Shown: positions 43,901 through 52,890, counted from the stretch's first letter. The stretch: 64,000 nucleotides of DNA from an uncultured Prevotella sp. (GCA_937906495.1 CALCVT010000140.1:7664-71663); one strand, 5' to 3'. The notes: a model not told the origin generated them from the sequence alone. Program-made: numbers and translations.

Positions 43901-44249
43901 AGTCGCGTACGAGTGAGTAATCGGTAGGATCATTTGTGCTGAACTGTACAAAAGCCGAACCTGAGCGGATGCGCTGGTCGTAGAATGAGAAAGCACGGAA
44001 CTTTACCTCATTGTCTTCGCTATCGAAGAGGATAGCCTTTGTACCTACACCTGCAGTATTCTCGCTTTTGACAAGTTTTTTGTTTGTTGTTGTAACAGCC
44101 GGTGCTCCCAGAGTCAGGCCCTTTACCAGGGTTGCTCTTGAAACCTTGTCGGCATAAGGCTTGATGGATTCCGTTACCTTGTCATTTGCAAAGCAATTCA
44201 TCGAAGCGGTTGCAAATGCAAGCGAGACGGTAAGTAGTAGATGTCTCAT
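40977..44249 (-). CDS. T9SS-sorted multidomain surface protein (propeller-like N-region, 2x FN3, cleaved-adhesin/choice-of-anchor-J-like, CARDB-like, C-terminal sorting domain)
   Basis: 1090 aa with signal peptide MRHLLLTVSLAFATASMNCFA. Repetitive ...G.LY... segments suggest a beta-propeller. Two FN3-like modules are present (KVQISWTNP..., KLQWTAPT...). DFDVWTVVDNNNDGTSWKF resembles cleaved-adhesin/CoA-J domains. DVSVVNFNV...VEVGNEGKSPVTGYKVYL is CARDB-like. The final ~70 aa (VEVFDAAGALVASK...GVYVVRAVVNGKPVASKFVIS) resemble a T9SS CTD. Confidence 0.75.
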   Translation of the reverse strand: MRHLLLTVSLAFATASMNCFANDKVTESIKPYADKVSRATLVKGLTLGAPAVTTTNKKLVKSENTAGVGTKAILFDSEDNEVKFRAFSFYDQRIRSGSAFVQFSTNDPTDYSLVRDYAAEGDGFKYVGAATYVGDKLYGYTMSSNPQIPGYPFPPTHICEIDPITGDLTQLAEVQEVMSDLAYDPVSGYLYALSYDFMTEPAFSNIFRIDPKNPSKYEKIATFFDELMYTFSIDNGYIYAIARTETKDDTKLVRFKISDIKSDGNAPDTEVKLEVLNPEIGIEAVAAYQDMEIDKTTHRMFWWAQVSDGGGRGHAEYVELDTKTGDLITMEKIPTDAQIVGLNAPYQVAAAAAPTMVSEFSVEPGAKGANKVQISWTNPSKTYMLENLSELQGVEVFRDGQSIGKITGMTPGGKGTYTDENAPQGKHIYRVQPYNAAGAGIYKEKQVFVGHDVPAAPQGLLLTAKGTEAKLQWTAPTVGVDGGWIDVSTLKYDVVRFPDQVKVATDLAATTLTDKVSDLKGYYYEVTAKNADGVGGKAKSNTVAFGNACEIPFINSLRTQEDFDVWTVVDNNNDGTSWKFNPYTFTQYEYCANEADDYLFTPKLKMEAGKQYQVRYAYNDAHWIEEGTLAPINERLAVYYGETNKPGNNLQVIKSHEEIHVLTTENAKDRAVFTAKGNEGYVGFQCWSEPDRGILYLSDISIREYSDKDVSVVNFNVSTTANCNTPLAASVEVGNEGKSPVTGYKVYLLNADTDEVLAQVDGEEIGVGKTKVATLTWTPSEVGDIELTTRVELDGDTYPADNKGTEPITVTVAEESADKMFTVNTYNHYGWALPFYFNFNYCQNQCIYLDRELAQKGVDLTGVQFVYNNSSTMAMVEADVRISIQSTDMNKFDHDEDWNVYLVQNDKWKVVYEGPITIDQIADDVKVYIPFKESYTYNGGNLLFKYERLYSPANQKTEGPEWQFCNNGTNEEDNRTAIYKTNKGEEVETISDKLTGRSEMTPYTAFSYTKIDGIEGTLNMGTSGFSINQVGNDVIFNVVCDKVEVFDAAGALVASKQQAKQLNVAGYATGVYVVRAVVNGKPVASKFVIS

Positions 44250-44605
44250 ACGCTGATTTTATTTTAGTTGATACTATATGATTTCTGAATTTACAGACTG
44301 GTGTATACAGGCCGCCCGACACAAGGATAACAAGGTCATTTTACGGCTTGAAAAGTGAACGTTCAAGCAATAGTTTTACTGCCCGATATGTCCGCTTTTT
44401 TTATCAGTCTTTCATAGGTGTTTGGAAAACGACCGCAAAATAGGGTTTAATCTTTAGTTGACCAAATTCAACGATAAAAAAATTGCCTTTTGAGTAAAAT
44501 TATTGTACAAAACATGCTTTTTGGCATAAAAACGGGCTTTTAAACTCGCATATAACGTTTATTCAACTTAGCCATTACACTAAATATCGATACTTGCGAA
44601 CGGCC

Positions 44606-44688
44606 TAAAAAGAAACGAGGCTACCCGGCACTCCGGGCAGCCTCTCGTTTCGGACAAGAACATAACAATCTTAGTATTCTACTTAACT
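44606..44688 (-). ncRNA. Candidate ~80-nt sRNA (promoter box plus intrinsic terminator module)
   Basis: The minus-strand -7 box TATCTTTG (44701-44694) is followed after ~35 nt by a strong interrupted hairpin (44612-44651: 5+5+6 bp with one mismatch and a 2-nt bulge) and CUUUUUAGG. No ORF is present. Confidence 0.3.
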
Positions 44689-44901
44689 CGATGCAAAGAT
44701 ACGATGGCTTTTAAGTGTTCTCAATACCTATTTTGCGGTATTTGGGTGTTACATTGTTTGCACCGGATGCTGAATTTTACACACGGAATATGTAATAATA
44801 TACACTTTCATGCTGAATTTCAGCGAGTTAATTTCACATACCTACTTGTATTGCCGATGCGGCAAACATTATAGCAGATTGTTGACATCGTACTGAATTT
44901 T

Positions 44902-45570
44902 TTATCGCAGTTTGTAGCCTAACGACACCAGTCCCGATATATTGCGAGCTCCGGCTCTGTTAAATTTGGCCAATCCAAAGTCTGCTTCAATCCCCAAAGT
45001 CAAACCCGAGGGGAACTGATACCCAACCATTGCCTGCACACCGGCATCAAAGCGATGGGTACCTGGCTCGTTGAAGGTCTTTTTCTCATAATAGAGTTTT
45101 TCGGCTCCGGGGCGCTCTGTGTCGCCTTTGGTCTTTTGTTTGCCGCTTATACCATATGCTACATAGGGGCCGGCCGTAAAAACGATATAGCGCGACTCAC
45201 CGGTACGCAAATAGTAAGAAAATAGCAACGGCATTTGAATGTAATTTTGGGTAGCCGTACGGTTTTTTATACCAACAAGGGGTTCGCCGGTTTCTTCGTC
45301 AAAAAGTTGGTTACCGTTATCGTCGAAAACGAATACGGTTTGGTTCGGATCCTTCCAACCTTTGCCATACACTTCGATACCGGGCATAAATGTCCAGTGC
45401 TGATCGAACTCCACTTCATAGCCAATGCCTGCTTTGAAGGCACCAATAGCTTGAGCATGTCCATAGTGCGAAGCTAAACCTCCGCCAATTTTAAAATGGA
45501 TGCTCTGTGCCTGAAGGGCTATAGCTAGAGTTAAAAAGCTAAATAGTACAGGTAGAAGTCTACGCATCAT
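44902..45570 (-). CDS. Small outer membrane beta-barrel (porin family, OMP_b-brl_2-like) protein
   Basis: Start chosen at MMRRLLPVLFSFLTLAIALQAQS. Shows an alternating beta-strand pattern and a C-terminal SLGYKLR. Confidence 0.7.
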   Translation of the reverse strand: MMRRLLPVLFSFLTLAIALQAQSIHFKIGGGLASHYGHAQAIGAFKAGIGYEVEFDQHWTFMPGIEVYGKGWKDPNQTVFVFDDNGNQLFDEETGEPLVGIKNRTATQNYIQMPLLFSYYLRTGESRYIVFTAGPYVAYGISGKQKTKGDTERPGAEKLYYEKKTFNEPGTHRFDAGVQAMVGYQFPSGLTLGIEADFGLAKFNRAGARNISGLVSLGYKLR

Positions 45571-45751
45571 TTGTTTGTTTACTTTGAAGGTTAAACGGTT
45601 TGCTGGCGTTATGGCATTCGGGCAGCTCAACCTTTTTTCGGGTTCACCAACTGCTTCTGATGCAACTTACTGCTCAGAGGGCGAATGCCGCGCTAACCAT
45701 TTAAGTTACGCCTCGCACGCTGGCTTATGCTGCGTAACGGGGCGTATGCTC

Positions 45752-47611
45752 TTATTCTTCGAAAAACTGGCGCCAATCGTCCTTGCGGTGTTTACGTGGC
45801 ACCTCGTATTCTTCGGCATTGCTTTTACGGCCTTTACGCCCCTTTTTCTCTGCTTTCCAACCGGCCTTCATTTGTTTGGGATTAGCCACCTCGGCATAAG
45901 TGTGAGGTTTGCGCTCCTTGCGTGATTTAGGTTTGTCGGCCGGTGCATTAGGTGTTCCGTTATTGCGCTCGGCATGGTCTACTACTACTTTGCGCTCACC
46001 CACTTTGGCACGCTTCATTTTGCTCAGTACCAATGGTGCATCGGCATCGGGAACTTCGAAGAATGAACAATTAGTGGTCAGGTCTATGCGTCCTATCTCT
46101 ATTTTTGAATCGCGTACATAGCGGTTTACTAAATTGATAATTTCGCGGGCATAAAAATTGTCGCGCTTACCTAAATTGATAAAAAGGCGGGTATATCCCT
46201 CTTCGGCCTTATGCGGTCCGTCTTCACGATGGCGACGGTCGCGACGCGTTTTACCATTATCATCCTTGGCTGAGCGGCTCTCGGTGGGCTGTTCAATGGC
46301 TGGTGCTCCCGCATAATAGCGCAGAAAATGGCCAAACTCTCGGCTCACAATGCGCTTGATAAGGTCTTCCTTGGTCAACCACTCGAGTTTGCGGAATATT
46401 TCGGGCAGGAAAGGAGCAATTTCGGTATCATCCACTTCGATGCGCTCCAATTCGTCCATCACCTTGTAAAGTTGCTTGGTGCATATTTCTTGCGGCTCGG
46501 GCAATACGCCTGCCTCGAACTTCTTTCCAATCACTTTTTCGATGATGCGCACCTTACCCTTTTCGCGCAAGTGAATAATGGAGATACTTGTGCCTCGTTT
46601 GCCGGCACGCCCTGTACGGCCCGAACGGTGCGTATAATTTTCAACGTCGTCGGGCAAACCGTAGTTAATTACGTGTGTCAAATCCTCCACGTCGAGTCCG
46701 CGGGCAGCTACGTCGGTTGCTATGAGCAATTGGGTATGATGCTGTCTAAACTTTTGCATGGTCAAGTCGCGCTGGGCCTGCGAAAGGTCGCCATGCAAGG
46801 CTTCGGCATTATAGCCATCGCGAATAAGGAGGTCGGCCACCTCTTGTGTTTCAAGACGCGTACGACAAAAAATTATACCATATATGCGGGGAAAATAATC
46901 GACTACACGCTTGAGGGCAGCATACTTATCCTTTGCATGCACCAGGTAATATATATGGTTCACATTCTCTGCGCCTTCATTGCGCGAGCCCACTACAATT
47001 TCCTTATAGTCGTGCAAGTAGCTTTTGGCAATGCGTTCAATCTCTTTGCCCATCGTAGCCGAAAAGAGCAGGGTATTTCGCTCAGCCGGAACGCCAGCCA
47101 GAATTTCGTCGATGCTTTCAGTAAAGCCCATATTGAGCATCTCGTCAGCTTCGTCAAGCACTACATTTTCTACGGCATCGAGTTTCGCCACACCACGGTG
47201 CATCAGGTCAATCAAACGGCCGGGAGTAGCAACAATAACCTGCGCGCCCTTGCGCAACGAACGAATTTGGCTGTCAATGCTCGAACCGCCATAAACTGCC
47301 AACACGTGCAGGTCGTCGATGTAACGGGAGTATTCTTTCAAATCGCCCGCAATTTGCAAACAGAGTTCGCGTGTGGGGCTTAATATCACGGCTTGCGTAC
47401 GTCTGTCGACCGGATTAACCTTTTGGAGAACGGGCAAACCGAATGCCGCCGTTTTGCCTGTACCTGTCTGCGCCAGGGCTATGACATCGTTACCCGTACC
47501 GAGCAGGTAGGGTATCACTTCTTCTTGTACAGGCATTGGGTGCTCATACCCCATCTCGCCAATGGCGCGGCGGATTGCCTCCGAAACGCCTAACTCTTCA
47601 AATGTTTTCAA
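45752..47611 (-). CDS. deaD: DEAD-box ATP-dependent RNA helicase (DeaD/CsdA-like, with DbpA-type RNA-binding domain and basic tail)
   Basis: Has the Q-motif, AQTGTGKT (motif I), DEAD (LDEADEML), SAT and HRSGRTGRAG (motif VI). The C-terminal extension is Lys/Arg-rich. Confidence 0.9.
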   Translation of the reverse strand: MKTFEELGVSEAIRRAIGEMGYEHPMPVQEEVIPYLLGTGNDVIALAQTGTGKTAAFGLPVLQKVNPVDRRTQAVILSPTRELCLQIAGDLKEYSRYIDDLHVLAVYGGSSIDSQIRSLRKGAQVIVATPGRLIDLMHRGVAKLDAVENVVLDEADEMLNMGFTESIDEILAGVPAERNTLLFSATMGKEIERIAKSYLHDYKEIVVGSRNEGAENVNHIYYLVHAKDKYAALKRVVDYFPRIYGIIFCRTRLETQEVADLLIRDGYNAEALHGDLSQAQRDLTMQKFRQHHTQLLIATDVAARGLDVEDLTHVINYGLPDDVENYTHRSGRTGRAGKRGTSISIIHLREKGKVRIIEKVIGKKFEAGVLPEPQEICTKQLYKVMDELERIEVDDTEIAPFLPEIFRKLEWLTKEDLIKRIVSREFGHFLRYYAGAPAIEQPTESRSAKDDNGKTRRDRRHREDGPHKAEEGYTRLFINLGKRDNFYAREIINLVNRYVRDSKIEIGRIDLTTNCSFFEVPDADAPLVLSKMKRAKVGERKVVVDHAERNNGTPNAPADKPKSRKERKPHTYAEVANPKQMKAGWKAEKKGRKGRKSNAEEYEVPRKHRKDDWRQFFEE

Positions 47612-47800
47612 CTTAATAATCTATAGTTACAATGGAGCGACTTTACTCCAAATTGCAAAAGTACTATTTTTCGGGCAATTAAGCCGCAAGTTGCGCTGAC
47701 ATTCGTACAAAATGGTACAGACAGAGGCTAACATCGACGCTTTCTTTTTATAAAAGCAAACATTTTGTACACGGATAGAGTTCTTCCTTACCCACTCTCT

Positions 47801-48898
47801 TTAGCCGTGCATACGCACCCGGTTACCGGGCATACGTACTATGGTATCGCTATCTTCCAAGTCAAAAAGCAGTTCGGTAAGTGCTGATACCGAAATGCCC
47901 GTTTGCAACGACAGTTGGTCGATACTCAAATTATCGACCTTCTCAAGTGCATCGATTACGCGCTCCTGCTCCGGAGTAAACATCGGAAAGAGTGTTGGTT
48001 CCTTAGCTGCTCTGGCAGGAGCTGCCTCCCAACCTAACGTTCGCAACACATCCTCGGCCGAAAGCACCAGCGAAGCCCGATTGTCACGGATTAAGCGGTT
48101 ACACCCCTCGGAGTAAGCATCGGTCAAACGGCCCGGAACGGCCATCACCTCACGATTATAGCTCCCGGCTATGGTTGCCGTAATGAGTGCCCCACCCTTG
48201 CCCGCACTTTCTATGACGAGTGTGCCCGACGAAATGCCAGCCACAATTCGGTTACGGCGCACAAAATTTCCTTTGTCGGGCACTGTGCCTGTAAAATACT
48301 CTGTGAGCAGTCCACCATGGCAGGTCATTTCATCGGCTGTAGCCTGATGCATACGCGGATAAATACGGTCGTGGCCATGAGCCAGTACTGCCACTGTATC
48401 CAAGCCGTTGGCCAACGAGGCACGATGGGCATGAATATCCACGCCATAGGCTAACCCGCTCACTATAAGCAAATCGGGCAATAAGCGTCCCAGGTCGGCA
48501 AACAGCGATTCGCACAACTGTTTGCCATAATCAGTAATGTGTCGTGTTCCCACTACACTTAGCACGTGCCTTCTTCCCAATCTGCCTGTTCCTTTATAGA
48601 ACAGATTGATAGGAGCATCGGGAATTTCGTCGGCCTTCAAGAGCATCGGATACGCATCGCTGCTGAACGGAATAATCTGCACCCGGTGTTCCTCGCAGAA
48701 CTCGCGTTCTCGTAATGCCTGCTCACGCGCCTGCTTTAAACCGGGCTTATCGCGCAAGAGTTCCCCCCAGCGTTCGCACTCGGGTGCTTCGTCGCTCAAA
48801 GCAGCTTCGGCCGTTCCGTAATAGCGCAACAGCGACAACGCTTGCGCCTGGCTTAAACCGCGTAACCGGGAGAGTATCAACGAAGAAAGAATTTCCAT
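47801..48898 (-). CDS. dprA: DNA-processing protein DprA (Smf)
   Basis: 365 aa with a Rossmann-like DprA core (VSGLAYGVDIHAHRASL, GGALITA) and a C-terminal winged-helix-like region. Confidence 0.9.
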   Translation of the reverse strand: MEILSSLILSRLRGLSQAQALSLLRYYGTAEAALSDEAPECERWGELLRDKPGLKQAREQALREREFCEEHRVQIIPFSSDAYPMLLKADEIPDAPINLFYKGTGRLGRRHVLSVVGTRHITDYGKQLCESLFADLGRLLPDLLIVSGLAYGVDIHAHRASLANGLDTVAVLAHGHDRIYPRMHQATADEMTCHGGLLTEYFTGTVPDKGNFVRRNRIVAGISSGTLVIESAGKGGALITATIAGSYNREVMAVPGRLTDAYSEGCNRLIRDNRASLVLSAEDVLRTLGWEAAPARAAKEPTLFPMFTPEQERVIDALEKVDNLSIDQLSLQTGISVSALTELLFDLEDSDTIVRMPGNRVRMHG

Positions 48899-48944
48899 AA
48901 ACTCATTTTTACAGGAGTGGTACTTTAATCAGAAATACAACTAA

Positions 48945-49337
48945 CTATTCTGCCACCAAAGGGTCGAGTTCGGCACAGGCTTGCAAACGGCCATTCACCA
49001 GGCAGACGGTTTCGACTGTCGACTTAAACACGAGTTTGAGGTCGGGCAAACGATAAATGTCCTGGTAAAACACATATTTAATCCCCTCCTTTTTCAAGGC
49101 CAATTTCGACACAAATTCGTCACCACTGCGCAGGGGATGCTTAAAGTTGAGTTGCATACGTGCTACTACGGCATCAATACCACGCGCATGCAAGTCGGCA
49201 AAACTTATTCCGCGCGAACGCAAAAACTCGTGGCGGGTATGTTCTGTGTAATGCTGATAATTTGCATTGTTTACGATGCCTTGCAGGTCGCACTCGTAGT
49301 CGCGCACCTTAAAGTTGAGTATAAAGGTATATTCCAT
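48945..49337 (-). CDS. Acyl-CoA thioesterase, 4HBT/YbgC-like hotdog fold
   Basis: Start chosen at MEYTFILNFKVRDYECDLQGIVNNANYQHY (the hotdog-fold catalytic Asp region). About 130 aa. The longer ORF extension overlaps the upstream gene. Confidence 0.75.
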   Translation of the reverse strand: MEYTFILNFKVRDYECDLQGIVNNANYQHYTEHTRHEFLRSRGISFADLHARGIDAVVARMQLNFKHPLRSGDEFVSKLALKKEGIKYVFYQDIYRLPDLKLVFKSTVETVCLVNGRLQACAELDPLVAE

Positions 49338-49344
49338 CTTGAAT

Positions 49345-50634
49345 TTATTTTCGTAGTCTGAGGTATTCGGCACCAAAGCGGCAGCGCAAACAATCCTTGC
49401 GGTCGCAATAATTTTGACGCAGTTGAATAAGGGCCTGACTATCGGCTGCATGAGTTACACAAATGCCGGCACGTTCCCAGCACCGGGTAATATAATTGCG
49501 CTCGGCCGGAAGCGACTCGAGCAGACTGAAGGCGCAATCGGCTAAATCTTCATCAAAGTGACTACGCGCATAGGCAAAGAACAACGGAGAGGCCGAATTG
49601 ATTATAAGCAGGTTGAGCGAACCTGACTGCAACACCTTGTCGGAAGTTTGCGAGGTTTCCTCACCAAAACTGTAATGGTTGCGCCAATAAGGCGTTACGC
49701 CTACCTTGAAAAAATGATGCAATGATTTGACATCGCGCAACTCGAGCATTTGCGAAAAACCGGTACGACGCTGTGTATATAAGGCCGTAAGTTGTGACAA
49801 ACGGGTGTGCGGAAAATTCTGCGGCCGCAGCCGGCCAAACTTCCACACATTTGCCGGTATAGGAGTCAGTCCAAATTTATGCTGAAGGAAACGATACTCT
49901 GCCTGCAAGCGCAAGTAGTAACTATCGCGCCGCGACTCAGGAACGAGGTCGTCGCAAAGCAGTCCGGCTTGCCCCATAAAAAAGGCTTCAACCTGGAAAG
50001 CATCGTCGCGATGCTTTCCTACCTCCGGCAGATTGATGCTCAGCGCCCACTGTTCAAAGGCTTGTGCATTGGTACCAAAGCCAAAATTACGCGCCAAAGT
50101 AATAAAAAAAGTACGCTCCCAGTCTCCGCCCGTTCGTTCCAGGTAGCCTTGTATGCGGCGGGTCTTTGCTTCGAGTCGCTCAACGGTCAGGCGGCTCATC
50201 CAAGCGTTGCGGCTAAGTTCTGAAATACCGGGAATGATGCGATAACACGGAGGATAAGTTTCTTCGGCTATGAGTTCATCATAGTTGGCCAGCAATTGCT
50301 GCGGAACCTCCAGTTGCAATTGCGGCAGTTGCTTTCCGTCGCGGGTAAATGCGGTTGCATCGATTTCAGCAACTACATGCAGAATCACATTGTTATAGGC
50401 TGCATCCTGCTCATGGCGATGCCTGAACCAGTCGGAAGCCCGTTCGTGTATTTCAACGTTGCCAGCCCAAAGCATCCCGCCAAGCTTCAACTTCGCATTA
50501 AAGAAGTCGGGACCCGACTGGTTCAAATTGTGTACACCGGGGTCTATAACTTCTACCATTTCGCCCTGATCGGTTTGCAGTTTACCGCTACTATAAAGGC
50601 GGTGCTGCCATACATAATGCAGAAGGTACTCCAT
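49345..50634 (-). CDS. DUF2851 family protein
   Basis: Start chosen at MEYLLHYVWQHRLY, the characteristic DUF2851 N-terminus as I recall it. There is a C-terminal CxxC (CDRKDCLRC). Confidence 0.7.
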   Translation of the reverse strand: MEYLLHYVWQHRLYSSGKLQTDQGEMVEVIDPGVHNLNQSGPDFFNAKLKLGGMLWAGNVEIHERASDWFRHRHEQDAAYNNVILHVVAEIDATAFTRDGKQLPQLQLEVPQQLLANYDELIAEETYPPCYRIIPGISELSRNAWMSRLTVERLEAKTRRIQGYLERTGGDWERTFFITLARNFGFGTNAQAFEQWALSINLPEVGKHRDDAFQVEAFFMGQAGLLCDDLVPESRRDSYYLRLQAEYRFLQHKFGLTPIPANVWKFGRLRPQNFPHTRLSQLTALYTQRRTGFSQMLELRDVKSLHHFFKVGVTPYWRNHYSFGEETSQTSDKVLQSGSLNLLIINSASPLFFAYARSHFDEDLADCAFSLLESLPAERNYITRCWERAGICVTHAADSQALIQLRQNYCDRKDCLRCRFGAEYLRLRK

Positions 50635-50810
50635 AAGTTGTTTGTACTTAAGGTTGAACATCGGAATAATGAGAGCGAACGCTTTATTGAGCACCTGAAC
50701 ATGCTGGTGTCCGCATAAGCCGCCTTTGACGCAACGGCCTTGAATTAAACAAAGGTACGCCTTTTTTGAGTATCAGCAAATACCGCATCGCATTTATCAA
50801 GAAAAACTCG

Positions 50811-50818
50811 TACTTTTG
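50811..50818 (+). promoter_or_regulatory. -7 promoter box for mnmG
   Basis: TACTTTTG, 22 nt upstream of the ATG at 50840. Confidence 0.4.
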
Positions 50819-50839
50819 CGGCTATAAACTCGAAAGAAG

Positions 50840-52717
50840 ATGCAAACTGTTTTTAACTACGACGTAATTGTTATCGGTGCTGGCCATGCCGGCTGCGAAG
50901 CCGCCGCCGCTGCAGCTAAGATGGGAGCTCAAACCTGTCTGGTCACAATGGATATGAACAAAATTGCCCAAATGAGCTGTAACCCGGCTATCGGCGGCAT
51001 TGCCAAGGGGCAAATTGTTCGCGAAATTGATGCACTTGGTGGACTGACCGGTGAGGTTACAGATGCTACTGCCATCCAGTTTAGAATGCTCAACCGCTCT
51101 AAAGGACCAGCCATGTGGAGCCCGCGTGCGCAATGCGACAGAGCCAAATTCATTACCGAATGGCGCAAACGCTTGGAGAATACCGACAACTTACACATCT
51201 GGCAGGACGAAGCTGCCGAAATACTTACCGAAGGAAAGGTTGTAAAAGGTGTACGTACCATTTGGGGAGCCGAACTCCTTGCACGCACGGTAGTTGTAAC
51301 AGCCGGTACATTCTTGCGCGGCCTCATGCACATCGGACGCAGACAAGTGCCTGGAGGCCGTTGTGCCGAACCTGCATCCAATTTTCTGACAGCGTCGATC
51401 AACGCACTGGGCATTCGCTCCGACCGCATGAAAACGGGCACACCAGTCCGCATTGATAAGCGCTCCGTACATCTGGACGAAATGGAAGAACAGCCGGGCG
51501 AAACCGACTTTCATCGATTCTCATTTGTGAGTCAGCAGCGCCCCCTGCCCCAACTTCCCTGCTGGATTTGCGAAACGAATGCCGAAGTGCACGAAATGCT
51601 GCGTTCGGGGCTTAACGACTCTCCGCTGTATAACGGACAGATTCAGAGCATCGGGCCGCGCTATTGCCCCAGTATCGAGACCAAGATAGTTACCTTTCCT
51701 GACCGCGACCACCATCCGCTCTTTTTGGAGCCTGAGGGCATCGACACCAACGAACTTTACCTGAACGGATTCTCATCGAGTTTACCGATGGATGTGCAAA
51801 TTGAAGCACTCAAGCGCATGCCTTGCTTTCGCGACGTTGTGGTTTACCGCCCGGGCTATGCCATTGAATACGACTTTTTCGATCCCACGCAGCTACACCA
51901 CACGCTTGAGTCGAAACTGATAGACGGTCTTTACTTTGCCGGACAGGTCAATGGCACTACCGGATACGAAGAGGCAGCCGGACAAGGGCTTGTGGCAGGC
52001 ATCAACGCTGCACTCAAATGCGCAGGCAGCAAACCATTCACACTACAACGCGACGAAGCCTACATAGGCGTGCTCATCGACGATTTAGTAACCAAGGGGG
52101 TTGACGAGCCCTACCGCATGTTTACCTCACGTGCCGAATATCGCATCCTGCTACGCCAGGACAATGCCGACATCCGCCTTACGCCTTATGCCGAGCAGTT
52201 CGGCACGGCTTCGGCCGAACGCTTGCAGCACTTTCACGCCAAACAAAACAACATCAGGAGCATCATTGAATACTGCAAGCAATTTCCAATCAAGGCAGCA
52301 CGCATCAATCCTTTTCTCGAAAGCATAGGCACAACTCCCCTAAGCAGCGGCTGTAAACTTTTCGACCTTATCAACCGACCGCAGATTACGCTCGACAAAC
52401 TTACTGAGGAGATTGATAGTTTCAAAACATTTCTTTCGACCCTGCACTCCGACCGCGAAGAAACAATCGAGGCAGCCGAAATAGAAATGAAGTATCACGG
52501 ATACATTGCCCGCGAACGGGCACTTGCCGACAAGATGCAACGGCTCGAAGACATCAAGATACGCGGACACTTCGACTATGAGCAACTTACACAGCTAAGC
52601 ACCGAAGCCCGCCAGAAACTGAAGGCTATCGACCCTGAAACATTGGCACAGGCAGGACGTATCCCGGGAGTTTCGCCAAGCGACATCAGTGTGCTGCTTG
52701 TACTACTGGGCAGATAA
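50840..52717 (+). CDS. mnmG: tRNA uridine-5-carboxymethylaminomethyl(34) synthesis enzyme MnmG (GidA)
   Basis: 625 aa with YDVIVIGAGHAGCEAA (FAD fold), SCNPAIGG.AKG and GTTGYEEAAGQG. Confidence 0.97.
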   Translation: MQTVFNYDVIVIGAGHAGCEAAAAAAKMGAQTCLVTMDMNKIAQMSCNPAIGGIAKGQIVREIDALGGLTGEVTDATAIQFRMLNRSKGPAMWSPRAQCDRAKFITEWRKRLENTDNLHIWQDEAAEILTEGKVVKGVRTIWGAELLARTVVVTAGTFLRGLMHIGRRQVPGGRCAEPASNFLTASINALGIRSDRMKTGTPVRIDKRSVHLDEMEEQPGETDFHRFSFVSQQRPLPQLPCWICETNAEVHEMLRSGLNDSPLYNGQIQSIGPRYCPSIETKIVTFPDRDHHPLFLEPEGIDTNELYLNGFSSSLPMDVQIEALKRMPCFRDVVVYRPGYAIEYDFFDPTQLHHTLESKLIDGLYFAGQVNGTTGYEEAAGQGLVAGINAALKCAGSKPFTLQRDEAYIGVLIDDLVTKGVDEPYRMFTSRAEYRILLRQDNADIRLTPYAEQFGTASAERLQHFHAKQNNIRSIIEYCKQFPIKAARINPFLESIGTTPLSSGCKLFDLINRPQITLDKLTEEIDSFKTFLSTLHSDREETIEAAEIEMKYHGYIARERALADKMQRLEDIKIRGHFDYEQLTQLSTEARQKLKAIDPETLAQAGRIPGVSPSDISVLLVLLGR

Positions 52718-52841
52718 ACTGCCATGTAAAAAATTAGGCACTGTGTGTATAATCCCCTACATGGCTTGCTTAAAGTTTTACTCGAACTACCTATCCCAGC
52801 ACCACCACCCCCCCCGGAATCAAGTTTTCCGGAGTGTTCAT

Positions 52842-52855
52842 GTTTCACGTGAAAC
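52842..52855. promoter_or_regulatory. Perfect 14-bp palindrome upstream of apt
   Basis: GTTTCACGTGAAAC, 36 nt upstream of the apt ATG. With no loop it cannot form an RNA hairpin, so a dimeric DNA-binding site is the likelier reading. Confidence 0.3.
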
Positions 52856-52890
52856 AAACTACTATAATCCACCTATAAATCAAAGCATTC

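Noticed and set aside
46328-47383. A 351-aa ORF antisense to the DEAD-box helicase. Similar long antisense ORFs occur at 19524-20312 and 18870-19499 (opposite GH2), 35591-36439 (opposite GH92), and 41067-41927 and 42270-43127 (opposite the T9SS protein).
   Set aside because: These are shadow ORFs in the antisense frame of well-supported genes. Their translations are low-complexity, rich in Val, Phe, Leu, Gly and Ala, and carry no recognisable motifs. The sense-strand proteins carry complete family signatures. Long stop-free antisense frames are expected from codon bias.
50695-50839. A possible replication origin at the divergent DUF2851 / mnmG (gidA) junction, where gene orientation switches from minus to plus.
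   Set aside because: No DnaA-box-like 9-mers (TTATCCACA / TGTGGATAA) or AT-rich unwinding repeats are visible in the 145-bp spacer, and dnaA/dnaN are not nearby. The orientation switch alone is insufficient evidence.
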